Shown here in pieces: positions 45,237 through 55,757 of a DNA stretch of 64,000 nucleotides. How positions within the stretch are numbered: position 1 is the first letter of the stretch; each line of letters starts with the position of its first letter. The notes beneath the pieces were generated by a model that worked only from the letters and a program-made list of their open reading frames with translations, made no database searches and had not been told where the DNA came from. The translations under genes were made by a program, and so were the position numbers. The stretch is from a virus: IMG/VR virus record IMGVR_UViG_3300021085_000009, positions 1-64,000 of that record. One strand, given 5' to 3'.

Positions 45237-45884
45237 TTAAAGTTTAGAGAGGAAATTTTTAAACGCTTTGATCTCTGCTTCAGCTAAATGCTTTTTAGGA
45301 GTACGCTTTATTTCAGTCTCAATTGATTCAATTTCTTGTGCAGTTAAGATACCGTTATTCCATATCCAATCAACACCTTCCATAATTCCATTGACAAATG
45401 CCTCTGGAGCGGAAGGGTCCTGGACTATATCTACAGTTGCAAGCATAAAATCCTTGCCCACGTAACTAGTACCATTCTTCTGTACAAGACTACCCATACC
45501 ACGACTTGATACACCAAGCTTAACGCCTCCATCGAGCAAACCTTCAACGATTTGTCCCATAGGGGTTTTAAGAATTGATGCTTTTCCAATAACATTACTT
45601 CCCTCAAATTTGAGATCTGTAATCTTATGTGAAACTTTATCCAGGTTAATTGTTGGACCTTCAGGGTGATTTAATTCCCCTACTGCTCGTCCACTTTTCA
45701 CCTGTTCGACTACGTATTTTTCTACCGCAGCCTCTAATATTTGTTTTTCATATATGCGACCATTTCTGTTCTTCTGATCGGCCTGCATAAACACGCCTTC
45801 AATGACGTGCTGTTTGCCACCATTTTTGGTAGCTTCTGTATAACATTCGATATTACTATCGGTATATTCAGATATTAACTTCAT
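45237..45884 (-). CDS. 21: Prohead protease gp21
   Basis: NRNGRIY, GELNHP, GVSSRGMGS, DPSAP. Confidence 0.95.
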   Translation of the reverse strand: MKLISEYTDSNIECYTEATKNGGKQHVIEGVFMQADQKNRNGRIYEKQILEAAVEKYVVEQVKSGRAVGELNHPEGPTINLDKVSHKITDLKFEGSNVIGKASILKTPMGQIVEGLLDGGVKLGVSSRGMGSLVQKNGTSYVGKDFMLATVDIVQDPSAPEAFVNGIMEGVDWIWNNGILTAQEIESIETEIKRTPKKHLAEAEIKAFKNFLSKL

Positions 45885-45894
45885 AGTTGTTCCT

Positions 45895-46065
45895 TTATGA
45901 CTCTTCAGCTTCAGAAGCTCGATCGGTCATTGTTGATGCTAAATCGATTTTTCTTGCATCGAGTGCATCTTTTAATTTATCAGCCATAATGCTATTAAAG
46001 TTATCACTAGCTTTAACATTATCGTTACCTTTTAAATTATCAATTAATGATTCTATACTACTCAT
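45895..46065 (-). CDS. Small prohead core protein (gp67-like, 56 aa); not in ORF track
   Basis: MSSIESLIDNLKGNDNVKASDNFNSIMADKLKDALDARKIDLAS...; GAGG SD, own late promoter, between genes 20 and 21. Confidence 0.7.
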   Translation of the reverse strand: MSSIESLIDNLKGNDNVKASDNFNSIMADKLKDALDARKIDLASTMTDRASEAEES

Positions 46066-46085
46066 TTCAGTTCCTCTTGTTTATA

Positions 46086-46093
46086 TATTTATA
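46086..46093 (-). promoter_or_regulatory. T4 late promoter
   Basis: TATAAATA. Confidence 0.75.
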
Positions 46094-46098
46094 AGTTT

Positions 46099-47583
46099 TT
46101 ATAAGTCAAGATCAAGGTCATCGTCATCGCCAGCATCTTTTTCTGCATCCATTTGCTTTCTAAGTGCCTCGATTTCGTCATCATCTTGTCTAAGAATATT
46201 TTTTCGTACCCATTCATGTGATACATATTTACCTACATATTCATCAAGTGTGGCTAACATTTCAAATCTTTCACGAATGATTTCAGATTCTTTTAATTCA
46301 CTGAAGTAATTATCCTCAATGTAATTAAATGCTATATATTCTTTCCAGTTTCTCCAATCATCTTTAGTAATAACACCTTTTAATAAAAGCTGTGTTTTTA
46401 ATACCTGCATGAAGATATCAGAAAATCTTTTTCTTATTCTATCAATAAACTTCTTAAATTTAACTTCATCTCTACTTATTTCAGTAGCTCTACCTAAGCT
46501 AAATTGTGCTTCTTGCTCTAATCTGTTCATAGGAACATTTAAAGCTTTATATAATTTCTTTTGGAAATAGATTATATCATCTATTTGCCCTAGGTTTTCT
46601 CCACCTGGAAGTGTAGATATTTCAGTACCTCTACCGCCTTCTCTTCTTGGTAAAAAGAAATCCTCTAACATTGACATATGTTTTCTGTCGTCTTTTACAT
46701 CACCAGTTTTAGCATCGTATACTAATTTATTACGATACTTATTCATGATGTTCTGTAAATACTCTTCAGCCTTACCCTTAGGTAAATTACCTACATCAAT
46801 ATAAAAAATTCTTCGTTCAGGAGCTCTAGATATTCTATAGATAACTAACGAGTCTTCCATCATCCTTAACTGATTTACAGGTTTAATAGCTTTCTGTAAA
46901 TGCGATAAAATTCTTTTACGACTTGGATCTAACATTCCTGATGTGCAATATGCTATAGAATCAGGGTGAATTTTAAGTCCTTGATTTGCTCTATCCATGT
47001 GTACATCTTGAAACATGAAATATTCTTTAGATTTTTTAATTAACTTTGCACCCGTCTTAGGATCAGTTTCTTCTTCAATCTCTTTAATCTTTCTAATTTT
47101 AGTAGGATCAATATATCTTAATTCTTTTAAACCCGCCTTAGGGTTATTATCATCTATAATCATATGGTATGGTAATCTACCATCTACATACCATTTTCTA
47201 AATATATCATGCCCAGTACTATTAAAATTTAATAGCTCTAAAACATTATCAAATTCTTTTCTGATATTTTTCTTAATGTTATCAGATATTTTTAATCTAT
47301 CCAATACAATTGCTACAGGAGCCGCATTAAAGTCTCCAGTAATAGCTTCGTTTACAATATCATCAATAGCAGCATCGCATTCAGGCTGAACAGAAATGTC
47401 TCTATACTTAAATATAAGCTCATTTTCGTTTTTTACTTTATCTCCATCAATATCAAGGTATTGGCCAAAGTGACCACCTGTACTAATTACACCAGTTCCT
47501 TCTGCTTCTGTATCAGGAACAAAGGAAGGTCTAACAGGTTCTTGAACCTTTCTATTAATCTCAAATCCGAACAATTCTGCCAT
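46099..47583 (-). CDS. 20: Portal protein gp20
   Basis: WYVDGR, YRISRAPERRIFYIDVGNLP, LPRREGGRGTEI. Confidence 0.97.
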   Translation of the reverse strand: MAELFGFEINRKVQEPVRPSFVPDTEAEGTGVISTGGHFGQYLDIDGDKVKNENELIFKYRDISVQPECDAAIDDIVNEAITGDFNAAPVAIVLDRLKISDNIKKNIRKEFDNVLELLNFNSTGHDIFRKWYVDGRLPYHMIIDDNNPKAGLKELRYIDPTKIRKIKEIEEETDPKTGAKLIKKSKEYFMFQDVHMDRANQGLKIHPDSIAYCTSGMLDPSRKRILSHLQKAIKPVNQLRMMEDSLVIYRISRAPERRIFYIDVGNLPKGKAEEYLQNIMNKYRNKLVYDAKTGDVKDDRKHMSMLEDFFLPRREGGRGTEISTLPGGENLGQIDDIIYFQKKLYKALNVPMNRLEQEAQFSLGRATEISRDEVKFKKFIDRIRKRFSDIFMQVLKTQLLLKGVITKDDWRNWKEYIAFNYIEDNYFSELKESEIIRERFEMLATLDEYVGKYVSHEWVRKNILRQDDDEIEALRKQMDAEKDAGDDDDLDLDL

Positions 47584-47635
47584 AATTTTTACCTTTACAA
47601 TATTGACAGGGACGCAATTGTCCCTGCCATATTAT

Positions 47636-47643
47636 TATTTATA
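47636..47643 (-). promoter_or_regulatory. T4 late promoter (gene 20), followed by a leader hairpin at ~47607-47626
   Basis: TATAAATA; CAGGGAC-N6-GTCCCTG. Confidence 0.7.
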
Positions 47644-47646
47644 CGA

Positions 47647-48174
47647 CTAAGAAGTAGTGTCAGATTCCCAATAAGTTACCTGCATCTCAACTGTGAATTC
47701 TTCGATTGCGTTCTCAGAATCATAGTTTAAATCAATTGCAGATAAATTAGTAGGATAACATCCTCTTACGTTATAAGTTTTTACAGTTTCTCCAGCCTTA
47801 TTCAATTGCTCGATTACTACGTCCGACTGATATTCAGTTGGGTTTGATAATCCAGTATTTGCGTTGTGCTGATTAATTCCATTCATCCATCTTTCAAAGC
47901 TATTTCTAACTTCAAATGCAGCATCATTGATGACAGTTAATGTAACTGGTTCAAATGCTCTATCACCTGCTACTGACATCTTTCTTCCTCTGAAATTTAC
48001 TTCAATGGGAGCGATTACAGAAGATGGGATAGCTACTGCTTTACACAAGAATGAAGTTAATTCCACATTTCCCTGAGCATAGCTTGGGAAGTTAACTGTA
48101 GCCTTAAACAAGTTAGGTCTTGCACCACCGCCTGTCAGCTTAGATTTAAAATCATCTATACCTAAAATTGCCAT
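47647..48174 (-). CDS. 19: Tail tube protein gp19
   Basis: GGARPNLF, FRGR..AGDR, IEEFTVE. Confidence 0.95.
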   Translation of the reverse strand: MAILGIDDFKSKLTGGGARPNLFKATVNFPSYAQGNVELTSFLCKAVAIPSSVIAPIEVNFRGRKMSVAGDRAFEPVTLTVINDAAFEVRNSFERWMNGINQHNANTGLSNPTEYQSDVVIEQLNKAGETVKTYNVRGCYPTNLSAIDLNYDSENAIEEFTVEMQVTYWESDTTS

Positions 48175-48185
48175 TATACTTCTCC

Positions 48186-49898
48186 TTAATTAGAGCCGGC
48201 GATTTCTGAAAAATCGACGCCTGTTCTAGTTGCTATAAAGTTCAAGGTAATGAAGTTAATAGATCTTGATGGCTTGATAAAGATATCAGCTACAAAACTA
48301 TTAGAATCAATTACTTGTCCTGTATTATTTGTTTCGTCACAGATTACTTTAAAGTCTGTAACTCCTCTTCGGCCTTTTACATCCCTTAAGAATGGCTCAA
48401 CTAAATTCCTAAATTGTGCTCTAGTGAATTCATCATTGAACTCAAAGAGTTGTCCCTTAGCAGCTGTAGAAATTGCTTTCTCCAATACGATGAATAAACG
48501 TCTAACGTTAATTCTGTCGAATGCTGAAGGTTTAGGTGATAAAGTTTTATCTCCGAATAAAATAGTTCCTTCTCCAGGGAAAGATACGAGTGGGTTGACC
48601 TTAGCCTTATACAACTCATCTCTTTGTGCTAGATTAGGGTTAAATGCTAATTTGGTAACACCTAGTAGTTGACCTCTAGTCGAACCAGCTGGTGAGAACC
48701 AAGCATCTGCTGCTAAATCAGTACCAGCACATAGTCCAGCAATGTGACCTGCGCCACCGATCCAACGATACTTATCATTGTACTTATCGTACACATATAA
48801 AGCACCTGAATCTGCTGATCCGTATGAACTCTTAGTTACTGTTGTGGCCCATGTAGTTACATTAGTTAATGCAGTACCTGGTGCAATACCTGCTGTTTCA
48901 GAAACAGGAGGTGAAACAAAAGCCATACAGTCTTTCCTTTTTAAAGCCATATCGATTAGTTTATTAGCAATTACTGCTCCACTAGCATCTGGATAAGCAA
49001 ATAGTAAATTAACATCTACTGTTTCTCCGTCTGCTAAAAGATCGTATGCTGTCGATATTTCACCAACTGTTGGTGCGTTATCGTCAGATCCACCTGCTAA
49101 TGGTCTACTTTGTACTACTGCACCTACTACGTATGCTGCTGTTGAAGCAATAGGTGCTCCAATGTTTGAGCTTGCAATAGTTGGATGCGCTAACCACCAA
49201 ACGTAGCTTGATCTGTTATTAATAACATCTACGTAATAGTTAGTTGTGCCGTCGTCTGCTTTAGCGTCTGATCCCACACTTACGAATGGGAAAGTTTCTA
49301 AAACTGTGTTTGGTGTTCCGCTCCATAAGCCTGTTGTATCAATTACAGCAACATGGACTTCGTCCAATGCAGTAGTTTTACCTAGCACGTCTGCCGCGTA
49401 ATTTGATGTTCCAGGTGCTGAATCGAAGCTACCTCTATAATCCCAGGTTGCAAATCCTAATGGTCCACAAAGTTCAACCTTAAGGCTGTTACCTAGTGTG
49501 CCAGGGTATTTTGCAGCCCAGCCTCCCATAGTGTTAGTGTTACCTGCAGCAGGTGCACCATCGCTATGGTTAGTTTCATAATCAGTACTATTTTTAATTA
49601 GTACTCCTGATGTACCAGAAGTCGCGTTATCGTGACCGCTGATTGCTCTAACAACCTTTAATGATCTGCCGTATTTTAAAAATCCAGCAGCAGTTAAAAA
49701 GTAGTTAGCGGTATTGACGTCTGTAGGTTGACCAAATATTTCAGCTAGATTCTTTTCTGAACCTACCGTAATTACTTCGTCAACTGGACCCCAATTAAAT
49801 GACCCTGCGAATCCACCAATACTGGTTGATACGGCAGGAACAACGCCCGTTGCGTCAATTTCTTTGACCTGGACGCCTGGTGATACTTGAAATGCCAT
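48186..49898 (-). CDS. 18: Tail sheath protein gp18
   Basis: SPGVQVKEID, WFSPAG, FDRINVRRLF, FEFNDEFTR. Confidence 0.97.
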   Translation of the reverse strand: MAFQVSPGVQVKEIDATGVVPAVSTSIGGFAGSFNWGPVDEVITVGSEKNLAEIFGQPTDVNTANYFLTAAGFLKYGRSLKVVRAISGHDNATSGTSGVLIKNSTDYETNHSDGAPAAGNTNTMGGWAAKYPGTLGNSLKVELCGPLGFATWDYRGSFDSAPGTSNYAADVLGKTTALDEVHVAVIDTTGLWSGTPNTVLETFPFVSVGSDAKADDGTTNYYVDVINNRSSYVWWLAHPTIASSNIGAPIASTAAYVVGAVVQSRPLAGGSDDNAPTVGEISTAYDLLADGETVDVNLLFAYPDASGAVIANKLIDMALKRKDCMAFVSPPVSETAGIAPGTALTNVTTWATTVTKSSYGSADSGALYVYDKYNDKYRWIGGAGHIAGLCAGTDLAADAWFSPAGSTRGQLLGVTKLAFNPNLAQRDELYKAKVNPLVSFPGEGTILFGDKTLSPKPSAFDRINVRRLFIVLEKAISTAAKGQLFEFNDEFTRAQFRNLVEPFLRDVKGRRGVTDFKVICDETNNTGQVIDSNSFVADIFIKPSRSINFITLNFIATRTGVDFSEIAGSN

Positions 49899-49963
49899 CG
49901 CTTTATCCTCTTAATTTGAGTTAGTTAATATGTTCTCATAATACGGTTATATTCAATCATAGT

Positions 49964-49971
49964 TATTTATA
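49964..49971 (-). promoter_or_regulatory. T4 late promoter (gene 18)
   Basis: TATAAATA. Confidence 0.75.
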
Positions 49972-49983
49972 TGTTTTAACATT

Positions 49984-51588
49984 CTAATAAAGCCCTTGGT
50001 GTTTGTTTACTTCCATCCAAACATTGCCCTCGCTATCAACTTCCTTAGTGTTATTTTCATCGCTACTAAATACACCGAATGGTAGCATATCATCTTGTAT
50101 AGCCTGAAGTTGTTCTTTATATAGAAGTGTTTTCATATCTATATCCGTTATACCATGGAATATATCAGTAGTAGTAAACCAAGAAAACAATACTAAATTC
50201 ATCATTAAATCGTCATGGTTATTACCCGAAGCTTCCCATGATGATCCTCTATTTACAAATGTACTCATTTCAATAATAGTATTAGCATCGATGACATGAA
50301 GTTTTTTCTCCATAATTAAATCTTTTACTGCTGAGCAACCAATTCGTTTTAATCGTTTAGTCATTGTAGCACCAAGTGCATTACGCTTTACCATCGACTC
50401 AACAAACATATTCTCATATTCTAAATCATAATATAAACCATTACAAACTACTGCACCTTGGTCATTACTTTCAATAATAGTATATGCTTCGTTATAATGA
50501 TTAGCCCATTTATATATAAGATCAGGAAATAGTATTGGCGATATGTTATTATCTCTAAATACACACACTTGTTTAAATGGATCCACTGATACATCTATAA
50601 TTGTAAACGTAGAATAGTCTAATCCTCTGCCCTTAGCAACATCGACTGTCATTATATACTGATGATTTTCTACTGGATTTTCATATACGAATATATTTTC
50701 AGTAAATGATATTGGATCTAAAGCCTTTTGTGCTAATAACTCATTAGCTGGAATAAGAGTGTTTCCTCGTCCATGAAATGAATTACCAAACTCTTGATCA
50801 AACTGAAGCGATGAAGTATTGGCAATAGTCTGTTCTTTCCACTCTTCGTCCCTTCCTGGTACATCCCACCAATCAACTCTAAAAGGTTTAAATTCATTTG
50901 TATTGGTTGCTGCACCTTCCCATAGCTTATGATACACATTACCTACGCCATTTGCAGTAGATGTTATAATAATTTTAGTATCTTTACCTGATGATACTAC
51001 TGGATATGTAGATGTATAAAACTGTGCGTCGTTTTCTACAAAAGCAAACTCATCTAAAAACAATAGGTTAATAGAAAGACCACGAATAGAAGAACCAGAG
51101 GTTGCTGCAGCAATAATTTTAGAGTTATTGCTAAATTCAATTGATCCTTTATTTAAAGCCTTACAGCCAGGTTGTAAAAAGAAGGGTAAATTTTCTAAAG
51201 CTAAAGTAATACGTGCTAACATCTCTCTAGCAACTGCACCTTTGTTGGCTAATATAGCAATAGTTTTTTCTGGGTGAAAACACGCAAACCAAAGTAAAAA
51301 TATAACTGATGATATAGATTTACCACTTTGTCGACATGCTAAAACAATAGAGAATCGGTTTTTATGAAAGTGATCGAACATATCTTCTTGATACGGCCAT
51401 AAGTCAAATGATACTAAACCTTTATCAAGTGATATAACCTTAGCATATGTTTTTGCAAAGTACGCTGGATCCTGCATGCATTTTTTATACTCACGAATTT
51501 CGTCAATACTAAACTCTGACTCGACTCCATCTCGCTTTACATTAGGATTACCTAAATAACCGAATTCGTTATTCTTTATTTGGCTCAT
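49984..51588 (-). CDS. 17: Terminase large subunit gp17
   Basis: RQSGKS, LDEFAF, STANG, DVAKG, HDDLMM. Confidence 0.97.
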   Translation of the reverse strand: MSQIKNNEFGYLGNPNVKRDGVESEFSIDEIREYKKCMQDPAYFAKTYAKVISLDKGLVSFDLWPYQEDMFDHFHKNRFSIVLACRQSGKSISSVIFLLWFACFHPEKTIAILANKGAVAREMLARITLALENLPFFLQPGCKALNKGSIEFSNNSKIIAAATSGSSIRGLSINLLFLDEFAFVENDAQFYTSTYPVVSSGKDTKIIITSTANGVGNVYHKLWEGAATNTNEFKPFRVDWWDVPGRDEEWKEQTIANTSSLQFDQEFGNSFHGRGNTLIPANELLAQKALDPISFTENIFVYENPVENHQYIMTVDVAKGRGLDYSTFTIIDVSVDPFKQVCVFRDNNISPILFPDLIYKWANHYNEAYTIIESNDQGAVVCNGLYYDLEYENMFVESMVKRNALGATMTKRLKRIGCSAVKDLIMEKKLHVIDANTIIEMSTFVNRGSSWEASGNNHDDLMMNLVLFSWFTTTDIFHGITDIDMKTLLYKEQLQAIQDDMLPFGVFSSDENNTKEVDSEGNVWMEVNKHQGLY

Positions 51589-51991
51589 TTATAATTTTAC
51601 TTTCATCTTGTTTTAATAATAATCTTTGTAAATCAGAACTACTTCCAACAAATAAATTATTGTTTGTCACTTCACGGGATGGTCCTTTTTTATCGACCAA
51701 ATCCTTTTTACTTTTCTGTAGTACCATTAGTTTATCAGTAGTGTCACCGATATCTTTAATAGCCTTAGATAATACCTCAAATGCTCTAGGATGTTCAGAT
51801 TCTTGAGCTAATTGCGCAAGTGAATCCAGAGATAGCATCCCTGTATTAATTAAATCTTTATAAGTTTTTCTGGAAAATTCGTAATCGTCTTTAATATCTT
51901 TAATATCAATTTGATCTTTTACTGGCAATTTACTCTCAGATTTTTGAGGTAAATTTTTTGCCAAACTATCCATCATTTTATCTTTCTTCAT
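51569..51991 (-). CDS. 16: Terminase small subunit gp16
   Basis: DYEFSR, HPRAFEV, FVGSSSDLQ. Confidence 0.9.
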   Translation of the reverse strand: MKKDKMMDSLAKNLPQKSESKLPVKDQIDIKDIKDDYEFSRKTYKDLINTGMLSLDSLAQLAQESEHPRAFEVLSKAIKDIGDTTDKLMVLQKSKKDLVDKKGPSREVTNNNLFVGSSSDLQRLLLKQDESKIINEPNKE

Positions 51992-51999
51992 AATAGTAT

Positions 52000-52971
52000 T
52001 TATGTATAACTAGAAATAGTAGCAGTTACGTTAGCAGCAGATCCAGTAATAGTCTCATCCTCAAAAAAGTATCCAGTTGTCGTGTCAACTGTAATTGTAG
52101 AACCACTTATAGCGGTTATTTCAGCAGTAGATGCTGATGATGTTCCTGTAATAGTTTCTCCTACAAGGAACGTATCTGATATATCATCTAATGATAATAC
52201 AAAACTATTTGGAACATTTAAATAATCATACGTTGTTGTTATAGTATAATTATCTGATTCACTTGCAGTTTTAGGATTTACTGCTAAGTTAATTCCTTCT
52301 AAAAATTGCCCTGTGTTATTTTTGTCAAAAAAGTCTATATCAATTTCTTTAATAACTGACTGATTCTGTGTTGGTCCAAAGAATCTCATTTTCATTGTAA
52401 AGTCTAAGGTATATGTTAATACCCTACGACTAGCAAAATCACCTTCGTATTCGTCATTTATAGCAACACTAGTTAACGTAACAGGCACATCTTCTTTATA
52501 AGTAGTCCAACCATCAATAGGTTTAATTGTAACTGTGTACTCTGGCTGAAAGTACGGAAGTATTTGTTCTATAATTTGTAAACCATCATCTTGGTTTTTA
52601 GCCATAATGTTTAACTGCATTCCAATAGAATATGTGGTCTGTTGTTTAACTGTTTTCTTTCTAGTAGAATCACTACCATGGGCTTCGGTAATCTGTGCTC
52701 TTTTATTTAATTTTGATGTTAGATCTTGCTCAAGGCCTGTTATTTCAAACGACATCCTAGGAAGTTTAATTGCAAAAGAAGCATCGTTCATAGTATCAGC
52801 ATCTAACCTAGCCAAAAACTTTTGTTTAGGTCCGTACGCTAATGGAACTTTAACTTGATTAATAACAGTACCATCACTTTTCTTTCTAACAATACCTATA
52901 TTATTAAATATAGTTCCGAATACTGCTACTGATTTTCGCAATGTAGCATGATAGAAATGATCTCCAAACAT
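52000..52971 (-). CDS. 15: Tail sheath stabilizer gp15 with C-terminal extra domain
   Basis: VPLAYGPKQK, LPRMSFE, EQILPYFQP. Confidence 0.93.
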   Translation of the reverse strand: MFGDHFYHATLRKSVAVFGTIFNNIGIVRKKSDGTVINQVKVPLAYGPKQKFLARLDADTMNDASFAIKLPRMSFEITGLEQDLTSKLNKRAQITEAHGSDSTRKKTVKQQTTYSIGMQLNIMAKNQDDGLQIIEQILPYFQPEYTVTIKPIDGWTTYKEDVPVTLTSVAINDEYEGDFASRRVLTYTLDFTMKMRFFGPTQNQSVIKEIDIDFFDKNNTGQFLEGINLAVNPKTASESDNYTITTTYDYLNVPNSFVLSLDDISDTFLVGETITGTSSASTAEITAISGSTITVDTTTGYFFEDETITGSAANVTATISSYT

Positions 52972-53912
52972 TAATAAGTCTCCGATGGATCGCCGAATGG
53001 ATTAGATTCGGTAAAGTCTATAAAATTATCACCTTCAATTTCAAATTGTACATTTTCTGCTTGACCATCTGATGCAAATGTATTAGCATCATCCTTATCG
53101 CCTATAGTAACAATGTCAGTTATATAGCATGTGTTACTACTAGTTTCTCCAACCAAACCTAATGTAGGAGATACCAAGAAGTTCTTTCCTTGACCTTCTG
53201 AACCAGTTACACCGATATTACTTACGCTAATATCAGCAGCAATATCTGAAGTTTTAACAATAGTTTGTATTTCACCACTTACTGTTACAGTAGGACCAGT
53301 TGATATTATCTGTGATATGGTTTCTCCAATTTCAAAATGATTACCACCTGTTAAGGAAACTGTCATCGTTTGTAGATATGAATTCCTAGCTTGAACTGTG
53401 TCAATGGCAACAACATCTGTTTCAAAATCATCATCACTATATTCGTATAGGCTACATTGTAGTTTATAAACTGGTAAATTTGATAATTGATAGAAAGGTT
53501 GTTCATGTTCGACAAACATAATTTCAAAGAACTTGTTTGTCATTGGTAAGAATAAAAGATCACCAGATTCTGGTGTAGGATTAACATTGTTTGTTTGATA
53601 AAAACCGATAAGTTTTTCCCACTGCCTTTTAGAGATAATAAAATTAGCTTCGTCTCTAATTTCTAATCCAAATTTAGAATATAAATCCCCTGAACCTTCA
53701 AACCCTTCTGCATTTTCAATATAAGCTTCAATCATATACGCATCATCAAATTTTGATGCACTATCTTCGCCTAATATATCATCTCTATTAAGCATTGTTC
53801 TAGGCAAGTAATAGACATCCTGACCATATATCTTAAGAGACTCTATGATCAAGTCTTCGTATAAATTCTGCTCAGTTTTTACAGCCTGAGAAAAGTAAAC
53901 GCTTCTTGGCAT
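52971..53912 (-). CDS. 14: Neck protein gp14
   Basis: YYLPR, SKFGLEIRD, PFYQL, DFTESNPFG. Confidence 0.93.
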   Translation of the reverse strand: MPRSVYFSQAVKTEQNLYEDLIIESLKIYGQDVYYLPRTMLNRDDILGEDSASKFDDAYMIEAYIENAEGFEGSGDLYSKFGLEIRDEANFIISKRQWEKLIGFYQTNNVNPTPESGDLLFLPMTNKFFEIMFVEHEQPFYQLSNLPVYKLQCSLYEYSDDDFETDVVAIDTVQARNSYLQTMTVSLTGGNHFEIGETISQIISTGPTVTVSGEIQTIVKTSDIAADISVSNIGVTGSEGQGKNFLVSPTLGLVGETSSNTCYITDIVTIGDKDDANTFASDGQAENVQFEIEGDNFIDFTESNPFGDPSETY

Positions 53913-53916
53913 TTAT

Positions 53917-54882
53917 TTATCCTGTCATAAAGTCGATTGGATCTTCCCAGACCAAGCGAGCTTCTTCTGTTAATTCTTTTATTTCTTCTTTGGCGTCTTC
54001 TAAGATTTGTCGTCCGTTAAATGTAACGCCACCTGGCATTACCATTCCCTCAAACTTTGATAGGTTAATACCCCATTGCATTTTAATTAATGCTGTGGCA
54101 TATCGTTTAAGAAAGTAATCGTTATATACATCAGTGTATGCGTCTGGATCTAAAACTCTTTGGCATTCTACTATAATGTATGAACCAATAACAACTTCAG
54201 TTTTCCAATTCATATCTATTCTTAGATTGTTTCTATGGACATTAAAATCTATATGTTTATCGTCTGTATCAACTATTAAATCTAATAGCGATAACCAAGA
54301 TTGTGTCATATAGTATTCTGATAAGTTCCCCATAAATCCTAATGAATATATATCATTTAAATGTAATTGGTAATCAATACTAAACATGTCAGTAGTGTGA
54401 TTCTCATTAAATGGAAATACTCTTGTTACTTGTTTAACCAAGTCTGGAGTAGGAAGATAGCCATTTTCTATATCTCCTAAAGTAATAGAAGATATGGTTC
54501 CGGTTGTACTAGAAGTACCTCCAGTTACTACTTCATTAGCCTGAAAAGGCAAATTAGGATTACCTAGTGAATCATATACTAAGTTTGAACCTGCAGTAGT
54601 GTTATGAACTATAGCCGTAGCTCCAGATGTTCCACCAGTAATGGTTTCACCTACCGTAAAATTATCAGCAACAGATGCTGATAAAGCTAAGGTGCTTCCA
54701 GTTACTTCATGCTTTAAAAAGACCTTTTCAATGGCATCTGCATGAAATGTATTGTAAAATTGAAAAGCTTCATCGATTCTATCTTCGATTTGGTCTTCAT
54801 CTACATTGATTTCAATTACAGGTGCACCTAATGATCTTAAACAATAATCAATTAATGTTGTTCTTGAGTTAGGTTTTGCCAT
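53917..54882 (-). CDS. 13: Neck protein gp13
   Basis: LGAPVIEINV, QWGINLSKF..PGGVTFNG. Confidence 0.93.
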   Translation of the reverse strand: MAKPNSRTTLIDYCLRSLGAPVIEINVDEDQIEDRIDEAFQFYNTFHADAIEKVFLKHEVTGSTLALSASVADNFTVGETITGGTSGATAIVHNTTAGSNLVYDSLGNPNLPFQANEVVTGGTSSTTGTISSITLGDIENGYLPTPDLVKQVTRVFPFNENHTTDMFSIDYQLHLNDIYSLGFMGNLSEYYMTQSWLSLLDLIVDTDDKHIDFNVHRNNLRIDMNWKTEVVIGSYIIVECQRVLDPDAYTDVYNDYFLKRYATALIKMQWGINLSKFEGMVMPGGVTFNGRQILEDAKEEIKELTEEARLVWEDPIDFMTG

Positions 54883-54896
54883 TTTTTGGTCCTCTA

Positions 54897-55178
54897 TTAA
54901 CTAATAACGCCTAGCGCCATTTTGTGTTCTACTCCAGCCATAACTTCGCCGACTCTAACTAAAGTCGCTGCATCGTCATAATTGCCTTCTGAATCAAAAC
55001 AAACGTTAACCATACGAGTGTGAACTTTATCGGGTGTATATTGATCGTCAGTAAATGTTACTTCAACATCTGTAACATCAATTGTAGTTTCAATTGTTTC
55101 ACCTTCGTTATCCGGATCAGGATGACTGTCAACTCTGGTTCCAGTATATGCTTCTGCTATGTTATATGTAATTGCCAT
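54897..55178 (-). CDS. Small acidic virion/tail-fibre-associated protein
   Basis: MAITY start, AGGAGAATAAA SD; follows tail fibre. Confidence 0.5.
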   Translation of the reverse strand: MAITYNIAEAYTGTRVDSHPDPDNEGETIETTIDVTDVEVTFTDDQYTPDKVHTRMVNVCFDSEGNYDDAATLVRVGEVMAGVEHKMALGVIS

Positions 55179-55179
55179 T

Positions 55180-55509
55180 TTATTCTCCTGCCCATGGAAG
55201 ATCTGGTTCTGCTACCGGTGATACAAGAGCGTCGATTTGTTTTTGAATTACACCATTAACGTGTACTTCATAATCATCTACAACAACAGCTTGAATCCAA
55301 CCTAGTACATCAGCTTCGGTTAAGTCAGCAAATGGTACAAATGGATCTGCATCTACCGAAGTAAATGGAGTAGCTCCACTAAAGGATCCTACGTTTCCAT
55401 CATCGTCGGTACCAGTTTTTTTCCAATAAGTTTGAATTACGGCATCAGCATTATCGCCTTCTGCCTTAGTTTTTAGGGAACTTACTTCCCAAGTATATGT
55501 GATTGCCAT
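55180..55509 (-). CDS. Small acidic tail-fibre-associated protein
   Basis: MAITYTW..FVPFADLTEADVLGW..LPW. Confidence 0.55.
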   Translation of the reverse strand: MAITYTWEVSSLKTKAEGDNADAVIQTYWKKTGTDDDGNVGSFSGATPFTSVDADPFVPFADLTEADVLGWIQAVVVDDYEVHVNGVIQKQIDALVSPVAEPDLPWAGE

Positions 55510-55554
55510 TTTATTCTCCTAATAAATTGTGCATGAGGTTAATTCCTCTATATC

Positions 55555-55562
55555 TATTTATA
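55555..55562 (-). promoter_or_regulatory. T4 late promoter
   Basis: TATAAATA. Confidence 0.75.
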
Positions 55563-55574
55563 ATAGTTTTTTAC

Positions 55575-55757
55575 TTAACTTGTAAATAATACAGCATGCG
55601 CATCTTGTACCAGCTGTAACTTATCACTAACATCTGCTCCTGCAACTAAGATGTCCTGCGAATTATCACTATAATCTATTTGCATGGTAGCAGGTGCTTC
55701 AGTTGGCACTGTTCTATCAGGATGCCATGCTATATGTGTTACTGTTTTACTTGACAT
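55575..55757 (-). CDS. Small hypothetical protein after tail fibre
   Basis: 60-aa ORF overlapping the fibre stop. Confidence 0.5.
   Translation of the reverse strand: MSSKTVTHIAWHPDRTVPTEAPATMQIDYSDNSQDILVAGADVSDKLQLVQDAHAVLFTS

Noticed and set aside
13863-51588. Introns, inteins or homing endonucleases in genes 41, 43, 46, 17 and uvsW
   Set aside because: ORFs are continuous and of normal length, with no LAGLIDADG, HNH, GIY-YIG or intein motifs seen.
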